A stretch of 64,000 nt of DNA from an uncultured Holophagaceae bacterium. GTDB taxonomy: Bacteria > Acidobacteriota > Holophagae > Holophagales > Holophagaceae. Made by a program: the position numbers and the translations under genes. Below the pieces are notes generated by a model. That model made no database searches. It was not told where the DNA came from and saw only the letters and a list, made by a program, of their open reading frames with translations. Location of the stretch: positions 13,467 through 77,466 of the forward strand of contig CAIOFF010000034.1 in NCBI GenBank assembly GCA_903857495.1, in the 5' to 3' direction. The first letter of the stretch is position 1; every line of letters begins with the position of its first letter. Positions 18,786 to 28,700 of the stretch are shown here, piece after piece.

Positions 18786-21212
18786 ATGCAAGCGGGTCAA
18801 AAAATAGATAAATACCGCCTTCTCTCCCAGATTGGTGTTGGCGGGATGGGGGAGGTCTGGAAAGCCGTCGATGAAGGGATCACCGGACGAGAGGTGGCCA
18901 TCAAGGTGGTCCGCACAGGCGCGACTGCGGGCTACCTGGAGGCGCTGGCCAGCGAGGCGCGAACCCTGGCCAAGACTCCCCACCATCCGAACATGGTCAT
19001 CCTTTACGATGTCATCGAAGCCAACGAAACCTTGGCGCTGGTCATGGAGTTCATCCCCGGGGCCGGGCTCTCCGCGCTGATCAAGGAATACCCCCAGGGG
19101 CTGCCCTGGGAGTTGGCCTACCAGGTCTTCCGGGGGCTCTTTGATGGTGTGGGCCACGCGCACAGGAACCGGGTCATCCACAGGGATCTCAAGCCCGACA
19201 ATGTCCTCATCAATCACTACAAGCCTGGACAGCCTTTCGACCAGAACGACATCAAGATCCTGGATTTTGGCCTGGCCCGGATCGAAAAGGAGTTCGGTAC
19301 CCAGTTCACCCGGAGCGCCGCCGGGACTTTGATCTACATGAGCCCGGAGCAGCTTCGGGAGGAGTCACAGGGCCCCTATACGGATGTCTATGCGCTGGGA
19401 ATCATGCTTTATGAGGCCCTCTTGGGGCACCCCCCCTTCGGCGGGTCGGAGCAGCACAGTTTCAGCGCCCTGATACGTGCCCACTGTGATCTTGTCCCAC
19501 CCGCGCTCAGCCCGAGGAGACGCGGGGTCGAAGGCCCGCTCGAGTCCGCCATCCTGAAGGCGCTCCAGAAGGAACCGGCGTTGCGCTTCCCATCGGCCAT
19601 CGAGATGGGCCAGATCATCCTACCCCTCCTCAAAAGCAACGCGACGAGCCTGCCCCAAACCCCTTCACGCGATCAGCAGACCGTGGACCTGAGCGAGATC
19701 ACAGGTGGAACCGCGCGCATCCCCAGCCTGGGCGAACCAATCCCGTCGACCTCCGATGCGACGGCAACAACCCTCCTCCCGGGGAAGCCGCCGCCACCCG
19801 AAGTCCCTAAAAAGCGCTGGCTCGAAACCAACTCCCTGAAATGGGGGATCGGTGCCCTCCTCGGCGGCGTGCTCCTCACGTCCGGCTTTGTGCTCTCCAG
19901 GGCACCCACGGCTCCTGTGGCGACTGCCGCCAAGGGCCCCCTCTCAGAGGCGCTTCCCGCGGCGCTCAAGAGCAAAGGCGGCGCGCCTGATCAGAAGGAT
20001 CCCCTGACGGGGAAACAGACCCCCCACGAGGAGCCCGCTGTCGCCTCACCGAAGACCGGGAAGCCAGGCCCCTCCGCCCCGGCGGTTTCCAGGGCCCCGG
20101 AGCCGGCCTTGGCCGCTGGAGCGGCGACCACCCCCTTCGAGTTCGGTTCGTACTGTCTGGCGCGGACCCGATTCCTGGAAAAGAAGAGGCGGGTCATCTC
20201 CTGGAGGGCCAAGTTCACCGAGGACCACCCAAGTCCCGAGGAACAGAAGTCCCTGCAGACCACCCTGGCGATTCCTCCGGCCGTCTATGCCCAGAGCAAG
20301 GTCTACCGGGTCTCAGGCAACAACAGCTTCGGTGCGAACAGGAGCACCTTCAAGTCTGTGCTTCTGATCAACGGCCCAGGGTTCATCAAGGCCGTCCTCG
20401 GTCAGGATATCCAACTGGGTGAAAGGCTCAGCACCAGCGAAGGCGTGACGGTTCGCTTCAAGTTCAGGGATTGCGAAGTGATGTTCTGGCCCATCCAGGC
20501 GCCCGGGACCTACCCGAATCACCTGGTGCTGGGCTACCAGAGCGGATCCCTCGTTCATTTTGGCAGGAACAAATCGAGCCTTATCCTTCCCTACAGCCTG
20601 GGAGGCATCCTGGCCCTGGATTACTCGGACCACGAGGCCGTGGGGGTCTTCCGCTTTCCCCTGAACGATGCGGTCATTCCCATGAGGGGCATCCGCCTGG
20701 GCAATGAGATCCTCCTGGAAGCCGACCAGCCGAGGCAGATCTCCCTGACCTACCACCGGAACGACCCCTCCCAGACGGCGGGAGTCGGGGGCATGGAGGC
20801 TCCGGGCCTTCTGCGGATCAAGGTCAAGCTTGGTGAGCCCAGGCAATTGGATGTCAGCTTCATCGCCAAGAGCAATGACCTCATCAGCCTTCCCTTTGAT
20901 CTTCACGGCGAATCCGAGCTCTCCGTGACAGTCTCTGGAACCAGCCTCAAGAATCTGAGCGCCACGCTTCCTGATCTTGGCAAGATCCTGAAGGCATCGG
21001 GGGAGAAGGCTGATCGGGAGGCGGTGGCGCTGCTGTCCCAACTGGATCAGGCCTATGCCAAGGGACGGCTCCAGGTCTATATGTGGCCCGCCAGCACTCA
21101 GCGCCCCGGCGGGGAAGCCAATGCAGCCTGGCGGACTATCCTGTCCAACAGCATCGCCAAGGCCATGAAACTTAAGCTGCCCGTGCAGGAAGCCACGGCG
21201 CCCAAGGACTGA
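18786..21212 (+). CDS. Hanks-type Ser/Thr protein kinase with TM helix and about 450-aa unknown extracytoplasmic domain
   Basis: GVGGMGEVW, VAIK, HRDLKPDN, DFG, YMSPE, DVYALG; Pro-rich linker; TM WGIGALLGGVLLTSGFVL. Confidence 0.93.
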   Translation: MQAGQKIDKYRLLSQIGVGGMGEVWKAVDEGITGREVAIKVVRTGATAGYLEALASEARTLAKTPHHPNMVILYDVIEANETLALVMEFIPGAGLSALIKEYPQGLPWELAYQVFRGLFDGVGHAHRNRVIHRDLKPDNVLINHYKPGQPFDQNDIKILDFGLARIEKEFGTQFTRSAAGTLIYMSPEQLREESQGPYTDVYALGIMLYEALLGHPPFGGSEQHSFSALIRAHCDLVPPALSPRRRGVEGPLESAILKALQKEPALRFPSAIEMGQIILPLLKSNATSLPQTPSRDQQTVDLSEITGGTARIPSLGEPIPSTSDATATTLLPGKPPPPEVPKKRWLETNSLKWGIGALLGGVLLTSGFVLSRAPTAPVATAAKGPLSEALPAALKSKGGAPDQKDPLTGKQTPHEEPAVASPKTGKPGPSAPAVSRAPEPALAAGAATTPFEFGSYCLARTRFLEKKRRVISWRAKFTEDHPSPEEQKSLQTTLAIPPAVYAQSKVYRVSGNNSFGANRSTFKSVLLINGPGFIKAVLGQDIQLGERLSTSEGVTVRFKFRDCEVMFWPIQAPGTYPNHLVLGYQSGSLVHFGRNKSSLILPYSLGGILALDYSDHEAVGVFRFPLNDAVIPMRGIRLGNEILLEADQPRQISLTYHRNDPSQTAGVGGMEAPGLLRIKVKLGEPRQLDVSFIAKSNDLISLPFDLHGESELSVTVSGTSLKNLSATLPDLGKILKASGEKADREAVALLSQLDQAYAKGRLQVYMWPASTQRPGGEANAAWRTILSNSIAKAMKLKLPVQEATAPKD

Positions 21213-21252
21213 AGAGCCCCGGACACGGGTACCGGCGAAGGTCAGGGGGGGA

Positions 21253-22380
21253 CTACCACCAGGCCACCCTGCTGAGGAATGCAGGAGGCTCCTGGCCTCC
21301 GGACTGAAGGACAAAGGCCTGCTCCGCCTCCAGGGGGCGCCCGGCGGGAGCCAGCACGGCCAGGAAGTGGCCTTCCCGGATGCCGTTGGGGTAGTTCCCC
21401 ACTGCGCCGTACATCCCGACCCAGTCCGGGCTCTGTGCGTAGCTGGCCTCGTAAGGAGGGTTCAAGTGGGTGACATCCGGCGCCAGTTTTTTCTTGCCCG
21501 TGCGCCAGCCGAAGGCGGGGGACAGGCCTTCGGCGTCACGCTCCTTCAGGGGGATGAGGTAGATCGCCCGGCCGGTCAACGGTTTGTCGGAGCGGAACCG
21601 CACGGAAAACTCCAGCCCCTTGGGAACATACAACTGGACGACGGGGAAGGCCGGACCGATAAAACTGTCCTGAACATCGAGGAAGGTCTCGGCCTTGTTC
21701 AGGAAGGCGGAAAACCCGGTTGCCTGGGGTTTGGGCTCAGCCTTCTTCAACACGCCCAGTCGGGTGAAGGCTTCGGTCAGGTCCATGCCGTTGTCCACGA
21801 AGTGCGCCGCCCGCTCTGCACGCAGCAGCTTCTGGGGTGTGACCCAGTAGGAGCGCATCTCACCATCCCACTCGCTATAGGTTCTCCTGGAGTCTGCGAG
21901 CACCCTGTCGCCGAGGCGCACCTGGACCCGGACGACGTTGGCGAACAGGGCACCGACGCCGCAGGAATAGCGCAGGCGCAGGGCCTGGCGGTCAACGATC
22001 CGGGCTCTGTCTTCGGCGGTCAGGGTGCCGAGAAGGGCTTGGCCAGAGCTGGTGCTGCCGTCAAAGGCATTGCCCCCCAGGAGCCGCTGGTAGGTGGAGG
22101 CCATGAGGAGCAGTTCCTTCCGCTCCTCATCGTTGAAGCCCAGGGCATAGAGTTCTTCGACCGTCGCCTTGCTTACCGGCAGATCCAGATCCCGCAGGTC
22201 GAGATAGCGGAACAGGAGCGCCTTGTTTCCCTGAAAGCCGGTGTGGAGGCGCTTCAATTCCCCCAGGGAGACTGGGGGGTTGCTCTTCAGCTGGGCTTGG
22301 TCCTGGGCTCTGGCCGGCACCGGGCCACCGAGCAGCAGGGACAGGAGCAGGGGCTTCAGGAAGGCGGAGGGGAGTCTCAT
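21253..22380 (-). CDS. Secreted hypothetical protein
   Basis: Signal peptide ending ARA|QD; 8 nt from upstream gene; no recognised family. Confidence 0.75.
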   Translation of the reverse strand: MRLPSAFLKPLLLSLLLGGPVPARAQDQAQLKSNPPVSLGELKRLHTGFQGNKALLFRYLDLRDLDLPVSKATVEELYALGFNDEERKELLLMASTYQRLLGGNAFDGSTSSGQALLGTLTAEDRARIVDRQALRLRYSCGVGALFANVVRVQVRLGDRVLADSRRTYSEWDGEMRSYWVTPQKLLRAERAAHFVDNGMDLTEAFTRLGVLKKAEPKPQATGFSAFLNKAETFLDVQDSFIGPAFPVVQLYVPKGLEFSVRFRSDKPLTGRAIYLIPLKERDAEGLSPAFGWRTGKKKLAPDVTHLNPPYEASYAQSPDWVGMYGAVGNYPNGIREGHFLAVLAPAGRPLEAEQAFVLQSGGQEPPAFLSRVAWW

Positions 22381-22388
22381 GCTGGGCC

Positions 22389-24251
22389 TCAGTTGCTGGC
22401 TGGCAGTGGGGTGGCGGCTGGTTTGGGAACCAGCTTCTCGATGACCTTGATGTCCTTGCTCACACCCGCCCAGAACGAGATGGTGATGTCTTCATAAACA
22501 AAGGTCTGGTTGAGGCCTCCCCAGGAGGATTCCTTCTGGGAGGGCGCCCCGAGCAGGCTCAGCACGGCGGCCAGCCCCATACCGGGCTTGATTCTGGCCA
22601 CAGCCCTGACGCGGGCTGCGACCACGGCCTCGGCGGCCTCGCGTTCCTCTCGGGCCGCTAGGTCGATGACGCCCTGCTCGGCTGTTTCCGTTTCCTGAAC
22701 CGCCTTTGTGAGCTCCTCTGCGGCCTCGGCGCCCGAAGGGGCGTCACCGAGGTAGGGGGCGTTCTCGATGCCGCGAACCTTGGCGGGTGGCACTGGGAAG
22801 GGGTCCTTCTCCTTGGGCCTGCCCTTCGGAGCGGGCTTGGCGGCCTCCTCGCCTTGGCTCTGGAGCTGGTCCAGGCCCTGGTCGAAGGTGATCACCATCT
22901 GGTTATGAAACTCTTGAAGCTGGTCCAATCTCACCGAGATGGTGCTCCCCTGGGGGCAGCCTGCATTCTGGTGCGCCACGAGCACTTTGACTTCCACATA
23001 TTCATCAGCCGGGTTGGGTGGGGAGGTCAGCAGCTGGAGGACGGAGCCCGCACCCACGGAGCACTCCTGGTTCTCAGAGGAGTCCATCAGCCCCTCGGAC
23101 ACCAGGAAGACCTTGGGTCCCTTTTCCGTGAACAGCGGAGGCATGGCCGATTCAGCCTCGATTCCCTTCGCATTCGCCTGCTCGGCCTGCCGCTCCTCCA
23201 TCATCCTGCGGACCTCGGCGGCGATGTATTCTTTCACTTCCGGGGTCATCGCGGGGGCGGCGCTGGGTGGTGGCGTAACCGGGGGGGCCTGGGTGTAGCC
23301 GGGCGCGGCCTCATTGGCCTCACGTGCCAGGTAGGCAGATTCAAGGCTGGCCGCGATCATGAAGTCTGTGAGCCAGAACATGGGACTGGCATAGGTGGGG
23401 TAGGGAGAGAAGTAGCCGCCGTAGTAGCCGTACCAGGACCGCCCCTCCCAGCCCCAGGCGTAGGGATAGGAATGGCGATAGGGTGAGTATGCCCAGGCAT
23501 AGAAGGCCGGCCGGTAGTAGTGGTTGTGTGCATAGACGTGATACTGCCGACCGCCGTGAGTCCAGGGGCGGTAGGCTCGGCTGTAGGTCATGCCGCCGCG
23601 GACGTAGGTCCGGCTGACGAACTTCTTGCCGTGAGATTCGAAGGGTCTCTGGATGTAACCCTGACGGCCGTTCCCGTGCGCCACGATGACGCGGCCGTCA
23701 GGCCGCTTGACCTCCGTCTGCCGGACCCCTCCGGGGGTGTGCCGAACAACAGCGCCGTTGGGCGTGCGAACCTCAAGCAACTTTCCACCCGGATCGCGGC
23801 GGACTTCCGCTCCGGATTTTGTCACCTGAAGCTGATGGTCGGGACCTCTCCCGCTGCTCTTGACCATGACCCTGGTCCCCGGCGGGGGAGGGGCGATTAC
23901 ACCAGGGTTCCGGTTGCTCACCCGGGATCCCGAGGGAGTGCCTGGTCTCGGAGTGTCGGTTCGACCCGTTAGTTCCTCGGCAGGGCGCTTGCCCCGCCCT
24001 GGCTGGTTGGGCTGGCCTATCCTATCGGTCCGCGTCGCCCCCCCCGCTTCGGGCTTGGCAGGGCCTTTGCCCTCTGCTTTGGGGGCAGGCTCCGCTTTCT
24101 TCGCCTTGCCCTTCTCTTTGTCTTTGTCCTTGTCCTTGTCGGAAGCCGCCGAAAGACTCGCCATTGAGGTCAGCAAGAGTGCAATCGCAATCCTTTCCAA
24201 CCCTTTGTGGATGTGGTGGGAGACCCTTCGGATGCACTTGCTTCTTTTCAT
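22389..24251 (-). CDS. Secreted hypothetical protein (disordered N-terminus, beta-hairpin repeats, Tyr/Trp-rich segment, C-terminal SmpA/BamE-like module)
   Basis: ATG 24251 after GGGAGA; signal peptide; C-terminal IKPGM.LAAVLSLLGAPS...TFVY pattern. Confidence 0.75.
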   Translation of the reverse strand: MKRSKCIRRVSHHIHKGLERIAIALLLTSMASLSAASDKDKDKDKEKGKAKKAEPAPKAEGKGPAKPEAGGATRTDRIGQPNQPGRGKRPAEELTGRTDTPRPGTPSGSRVSNRNPGVIAPPPPGTRVMVKSSGRGPDHQLQVTKSGAEVRRDPGGKLLEVRTPNGAVVRHTPGGVRQTEVKRPDGRVIVAHGNGRQGYIQRPFESHGKKFVSRTYVRGGMTYSRAYRPWTHGGRQYHVYAHNHYYRPAFYAWAYSPYRHSYPYAWGWEGRSWYGYYGGYFSPYPTYASPMFWLTDFMIAASLESAYLAREANEAAPGYTQAPPVTPPPSAAPAMTPEVKEYIAAEVRRMMEERQAEQANAKGIEAESAMPPLFTEKGPKVFLVSEGLMDSSENQECSVGAGSVLQLLTSPPNPADEYVEVKVLVAHQNAGCPQGSTISVRLDQLQEFHNQMVITFDQGLDQLQSQGEEAAKPAPKGRPKEKDPFPVPPAKVRGIENAPYLGDAPSGAEAAEELTKAVQETETAEQGVIDLAAREEREAAEAVVAARVRAVARIKPGMGLAAVLSLLGAPSQKESSWGGLNQTFVYEDITISFWAGVSKDIKVIEKLVPKPAATPLPASN

Positions 24252-24362
24252 GTATCTCCCCACAGAATCAGGTAGGCTCCAGCCGTCAATCATTCCCTTA
24301 TTTCTAGATGTGCAATAAGGAAAAATCGATAAATTGTTAACCATAAACGCAAACTGACCAAA

Positions 24363-24407
24363 AGTATACGGGGGTAACCAATGCCAAGGGTGGAGACCTT
24401 GGTCACA
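24363..24407 (-). promoter_or_regulatory. CRP/FNR-like site (TGTGA-ccaagg-TCTCC) centred about -43.5 from a TATACT -10 box
   Basis: 16-mer at 24392-24407; TATACT at 24368-24363; no good -35. Confidence 0.4.
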
Positions 24408-24673
24408 ACCTGATCCGAGGCCAGGTGTCGGGCCCGAAGTGGGTGACTCAGAGGTTCTTCAGAACCTTGAGACCTTCGCCTTCTTCTAGATTCTGTTGAA
24501 GGGCTTCGACTCCTTGTTCCAACGCACGGGGGTCCCCGGGAAGCGCGAGCAGGTCTGGATGTTCGCTGAACCCCATGCCTTTCCCTTGCCCCCCGGCGGG
24601 TGATGATCTGGCGCAGGTACTCTGTGCCGCCACGCCTGACTACGGTGCCGCGCGAAGCGAGGCTCCTCTCGCT

Positions 24674-25228
24674 GGGCCGGGATTCGAACGCACCCGGCTG
24701 CGCCGTGTGCCGGTCTCGCTACGGCGCCACATCAAGTGGCGCCTTCACGATCCTCCGCCTGACGCAGGCTCCCCCGGAGCCTGCTCCCGCGCGCCTCAGC
24801 GCGCGGAGTCGGAGCCTCCTCGGAGGTTCGAATCCTCTCGGACGTGCTCCGTAGCTGGTGCCGACACACCAGGGCGGGATTCGAACTGCGCCTGGCTGCG
24901 CCAGTCGCCGGTCTCGCTACGGGGCGACAGAGGCTCCGACTCCGCGAGTGAGCAAAGCGAAGAGCGGGAGGACAGCGCGGGGCGCTGTCCGTTAGTTGGA
25001 GGGTGGCGCCTTCACGATCCTCCGTCTGACGCAGGCTCCCCCGCGCCTCAGTGCGCGGAGTCGGAGCCTCCTCGGAGGTTCGAATCCTCTCGGCTGTGCC
25101 CCGTATTTGGCGTCGACTCACCAGGGCGGGATTCGAACTGCGCCTGGCTTTGCCAGTCGCCGGTCTCGCTTCGGCGTGCCATCAAGGCACGCCTCGGGCG
25201 ATCCCATTCGGAGGTTCGAATCCTCTCG
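24674..25228. repeat. Array of alternating tRNA-arm-like palindromic repeats containing two about 175-185 bp direct repeats
   Basis: Direct repeats 24736-24922 and 25003-25173; TCGGAGGTTCGAATCCTCTCG at 24820, 25072, 25208; GGATTCGAAC modules at 24680, 24877, 25129. Confidence 0.9.
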
Positions 25229-25250
25229 GCCCGAAGGGTCGAAGCACCCG

Positions 25251-25279
25251 AAAAAGGGACCCGGATGGGTCCCGTTTTC
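25251..25279 (-). terminator. Rho-independent terminator of tRNA-Pro (possibly bidirectional)
   Basis: GGGACCC-ggat-GGGTCCC stem with A5 on the left (U5 on minus) and GTTTT on the right. Confidence 0.8.
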
Positions 25280-25287
25280 TGGTGATT

Positions 25288-25364
<77 letters not shown>

Positions 25365-25374
25365 TGAATCATTG

Positions 25375-25403
25375 ACTCTAGTCCTGGTGGGCGCTGGGGT
25401 CAA
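25375..25403 (-). promoter_or_regulatory. sigma70 promoter of tRNA-Pro
   Basis: TTGACC-N17-TAGAGT, 10 nt upstream of the mature 5' end. Confidence 0.7.
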
Positions 25404-25757
25404 GGAGTGATGCGGCGGGAGGACCTCAGCACTGACGGTCGGCCGAGAGAAACTCTGCAGCGGGGTTGGCCTGCGGCGCAGCTGGGCCCGACAGAAGACA
25501 CCGCAGGCAACTCGGCGACACCCGAGGAAAGAGGCGGCCTTCCTGGCGGAAGGAATGTCCCGCTTCAGGCCGACCGGCACACAGAACCGGCCCGGCGATC
25601 GCAATCCACCTCTTGGTAGGCTGAGGCCGTTAATCAAATTATTAATATCGGATTATCCCAATTTGCATCACCGGGATGGTTGGTTCTTAGGGCAACATGG
25701 CCTCACTGAATTTTTCGGTCCCTGCCGTTCCCTCCGCACCTATTGGATGAGGTTTCC

Positions 25758-28700
25758 ATGGGCTCTTCGCGCCGTGTCATCTCCCTCTTCGCCACCCTGG
25801 TGATCGCTGCGCCGCTGATCCCCCAGGTCCCGCCTCAAGTGCTCCAGGCCCTCAAGCCCGTGGTCACCAAGCTGGGGGAGGCCCTCCTCAAGCCGAAGAT
25901 GCAGGTGGAGAGCTTTACCTTGGGGGGCTTCAGCGCCACCCGAGTGGAGCCTGACGGGGATGCCACGCCGGAGAAGTTCAGCGGCAGCGCCCTCTTCGCC
26001 CTGCCTCTGCCTCTGGGACCTCAGAAGCTCGAGTTCAAGAACCTCGTCCTGAAGGGGGCGGTCGCGGAGGGCAGCCTGGATGCGGCCCTCAAGGACTTCT
26101 CGGCCGCGCACCAGGGCTGGACCTACCACCTCACCAAGGTCGCGCTCTCGGACAAGGGCAGCCGGGTGGAAGGCCAGGCCACGCTCGCCGGCCTGAAGCT
26201 GGACGTCGGACCGCTCACCCTCGGCGCCAGCGGACTGCAAGGCACCTTGCCCCCGGCGGACCTCCCCCTGGCGGAGGGCGCCTTCACCGCGGTCCTCGTC
26301 GCCGGAGAGGCGACCTTCTCGGGTCAGGGCGTGAGCCTCAAGGGCAACCTGGAGGTGGTCATCGAGGCGCCCGTGCAGAACGGTGCCACCGGCGAGGAAC
26401 CCAAGTTTGACGGCGGCCCGGTCACCTTCGACAGCGCGCTGCTGGCGGGCACGGGCCAGGTGGCCCCCAGCCTCGCCAGTGGCCTGTCTCTGCTCCACAA
26501 GGGGCTGACCTGGCAGGTCCAGAAGCTGGCCTTTGGCTTTGAGCGGGGAACCCCGCAGCTGACCGGCCCCACCCAGCTCCAGTTTCCCCTGCAGGTCTTC
26601 TGCCGCGTGGGCGCGACGGATCAGCCCTACCTGTCTGAGACCATGACGGGCAGCATCCGGGGCCGCGCCCCGGCCCCGGCCGCGCCGGCGCCAGCGGGAT
26701 CGAAAGCCTTCGCGGTCCGGAAGACCACTCCGACCATCACTATCGCCAAGGCGAACCTCGGGTGGGAAGGCTTCAGCGCCAGCTTCACCCTGCCGGCCGC
26801 CAGCCTCCATCCCTCCGGTCTCACGGCCTATCGCCTGGAGCTGGCGAGCGGCATGGCCCGGGTGGAGAAGGGCGTGGTGGACGAAGCCAACACGCGCCTC
26901 ACGGGCAGCCTCGCCTGGGGGCCCAGCTTCACGTTCCGGACCTCATTCAAGGATGCTGCGGCGGCCCTCTCCCACGGCCTCTACGTGACTGGTTCCCCGC
27001 TCAAGCTCCCCGCCGAGGTGGGCGCCTACCGGGTCTACACGGCCTTCACGACGTTGGTCTGCGACTTCTCCTCGACCCACTCCCCCGAGGGTCTGCCCGA
27101 AGCCTGGATGGGCGTCTACCTGCCCACCTTCCACCTCTCCCTGCCCATCGAGCTCTACACCTTCAACAGCGCCAACGAGCGGTTGCCCGTGCTGGCGAGC
27201 GGCAAGGCCGGTCGCTTCGAAGGGAACGGCGCCTTCAGCGGCTCCGTCGGAGTGAACCTCACGAAGCTCGTCAACCTGCACATCACGCCCGTCCGGCTGG
27301 AACCCTTCGACCTCCACTTCATGGAGGGGGCCCTGCTGAACGGGCCCCAAGTAAAGGGCCAGATGGAGCTCACGGCCAAGCCCTTGCTGGTGGACTTCAA
27401 GGCGCCCATCTCCTTCCACCTGACCCAGAACGGGGCGGAGCAGATCGAGATCACGACCAACACGCCCAGCGGTCCCATGGCGGTGAAGACCCGGCTGGTC
27501 GGCATCGACATGGTGATGGACGCGGCCCGGCTGCATCCCACGAACATGGACTTCACCGGCCGCTTCGACTTCGACATCGCGGGCGCGGCGCTCCCCTCCA
27601 TCGCCTTTGACCACCTGGTGATGGAAGCCAGTGGCGGCGGCATCGAGGGCAGCCACGAGGACCTCTCCCTGGACTTCAAGGGGTCGCGCTGGTCTAGCTC
27701 GGCGGACCGCCCGCACGTGAACCTCTGGGGCTTCCCCCTGGCCCTTGGCGAGAGCGGCTACGGTGTGCAGGCTGATGGACGCTTCTACGTGGGCCTGGGC
27801 GGCGACATGGAGATCAATCCGATCCTGCCCTCGCTCTACAACCGCCTGCTCTTCACCACGGAGAAGGAGGACGAGGGCAAGGGCATCGTGGAGCTGGAGC
27901 ACCCCTACACCGTGGACCAGAGCGTGGCCTCCATGGGTTCCTTCAACGCCAGCCTCGGCTTCCAGGTGGATTCCGCCGATGACAAGGTGAGCGACGCCTA
28001 CTTCCTCGGCAAGGGTGACCTCAAGGTGAACCTCGGCGACACGCCCTTCGGGCTGAAGGCCGGCCTGCGCTTCGGGCGCAGCTACCTGGGCACGACCTCC
28101 TTCCCGTACTTCTACGCCCTGGGCCATTTCGAGGCGCCCGAGGGCGGCCTGCCCGTGGCGCCCAACCTCGAGGTCTACGGCCTCGTGGGCGGGCTCGCCC
28201 AGAACTTCCTCCCGGATGAGATCCGCAACACCACCGAGATCAAGGGCACCCCTGATCAGTCCCTCGGGATGGCCATCATGGCCGGCGTGGACGCAGGCAC
28301 CTCCGACAAGTCCACCTTCCACGGTGGGCTGGACCTCTACATCAGTCAGAACCTCACGACCATCCTGCAGGGCAAGGGCTGGCTCTTCTGCGGGCGCGAC
28401 AAGGAGCCCGCCGACAACCAGGTGACCGCGGACCTCCGCTTCACGCGCAAGCCCGACACCTTTGACGCCACCTTTACCGCGAACCTGAACCTCTACCAGG
28501 GCCTCATCCGTCCCTCGGGCGAGATCCAGCTCCACTTCGGCCCCGACAAGCAGTTCGTCCACATCGGCACCCGCGAGACACCCATCACGGCGCGCTTCCT
28601 GAATGCCTACGATGGCTCGGGCTACATGACTGCCGACTTTGAGGGCGGCGGTGCTGCCTTCGGGGCGGGCGTGGCCCTGAGCTATCGCAAGGAAGGCGAC

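Larger units (their letters stand above)
13600..24600. mobile_element. Putative lower-GC accessory island between bdhA and the tRNA-Pro repeat array (no integrase in window)
   Basis: Abrupt GC drop after the bdhA stop (AT-rich stretches 13.7-16.2 kb), relaxed codon usage, hypothetical genes, tRNA at the right border, related repeat motif at both ends. Confidence 0.55.

Noticed and set aside
24448-24633. 61-aa minus-strand ORF next to the repeat array as a gene remnant
   Set aside because: No RBS, it starts inside repeat-like sequence, and I recognise no family; could be revisited by tBLASTn.
13666-24999. Integron attC-like GTTRRRY motifs (about 13666, 14695 with CTCTAAC at 14651, and about 24992)
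   Set aside because: No complementary L boxes, the 14651-14701 span is too short, and there is no intI in the window.
24674-25228. Repeat array read as a CRISPR array or as additional tRNA genes
   Set aside because: Periods are irregular (252, 136, 197 nt), the spacers are themselves repeated, no cas genes are present, and the copies lack acceptor/anticodon arms and CCA.
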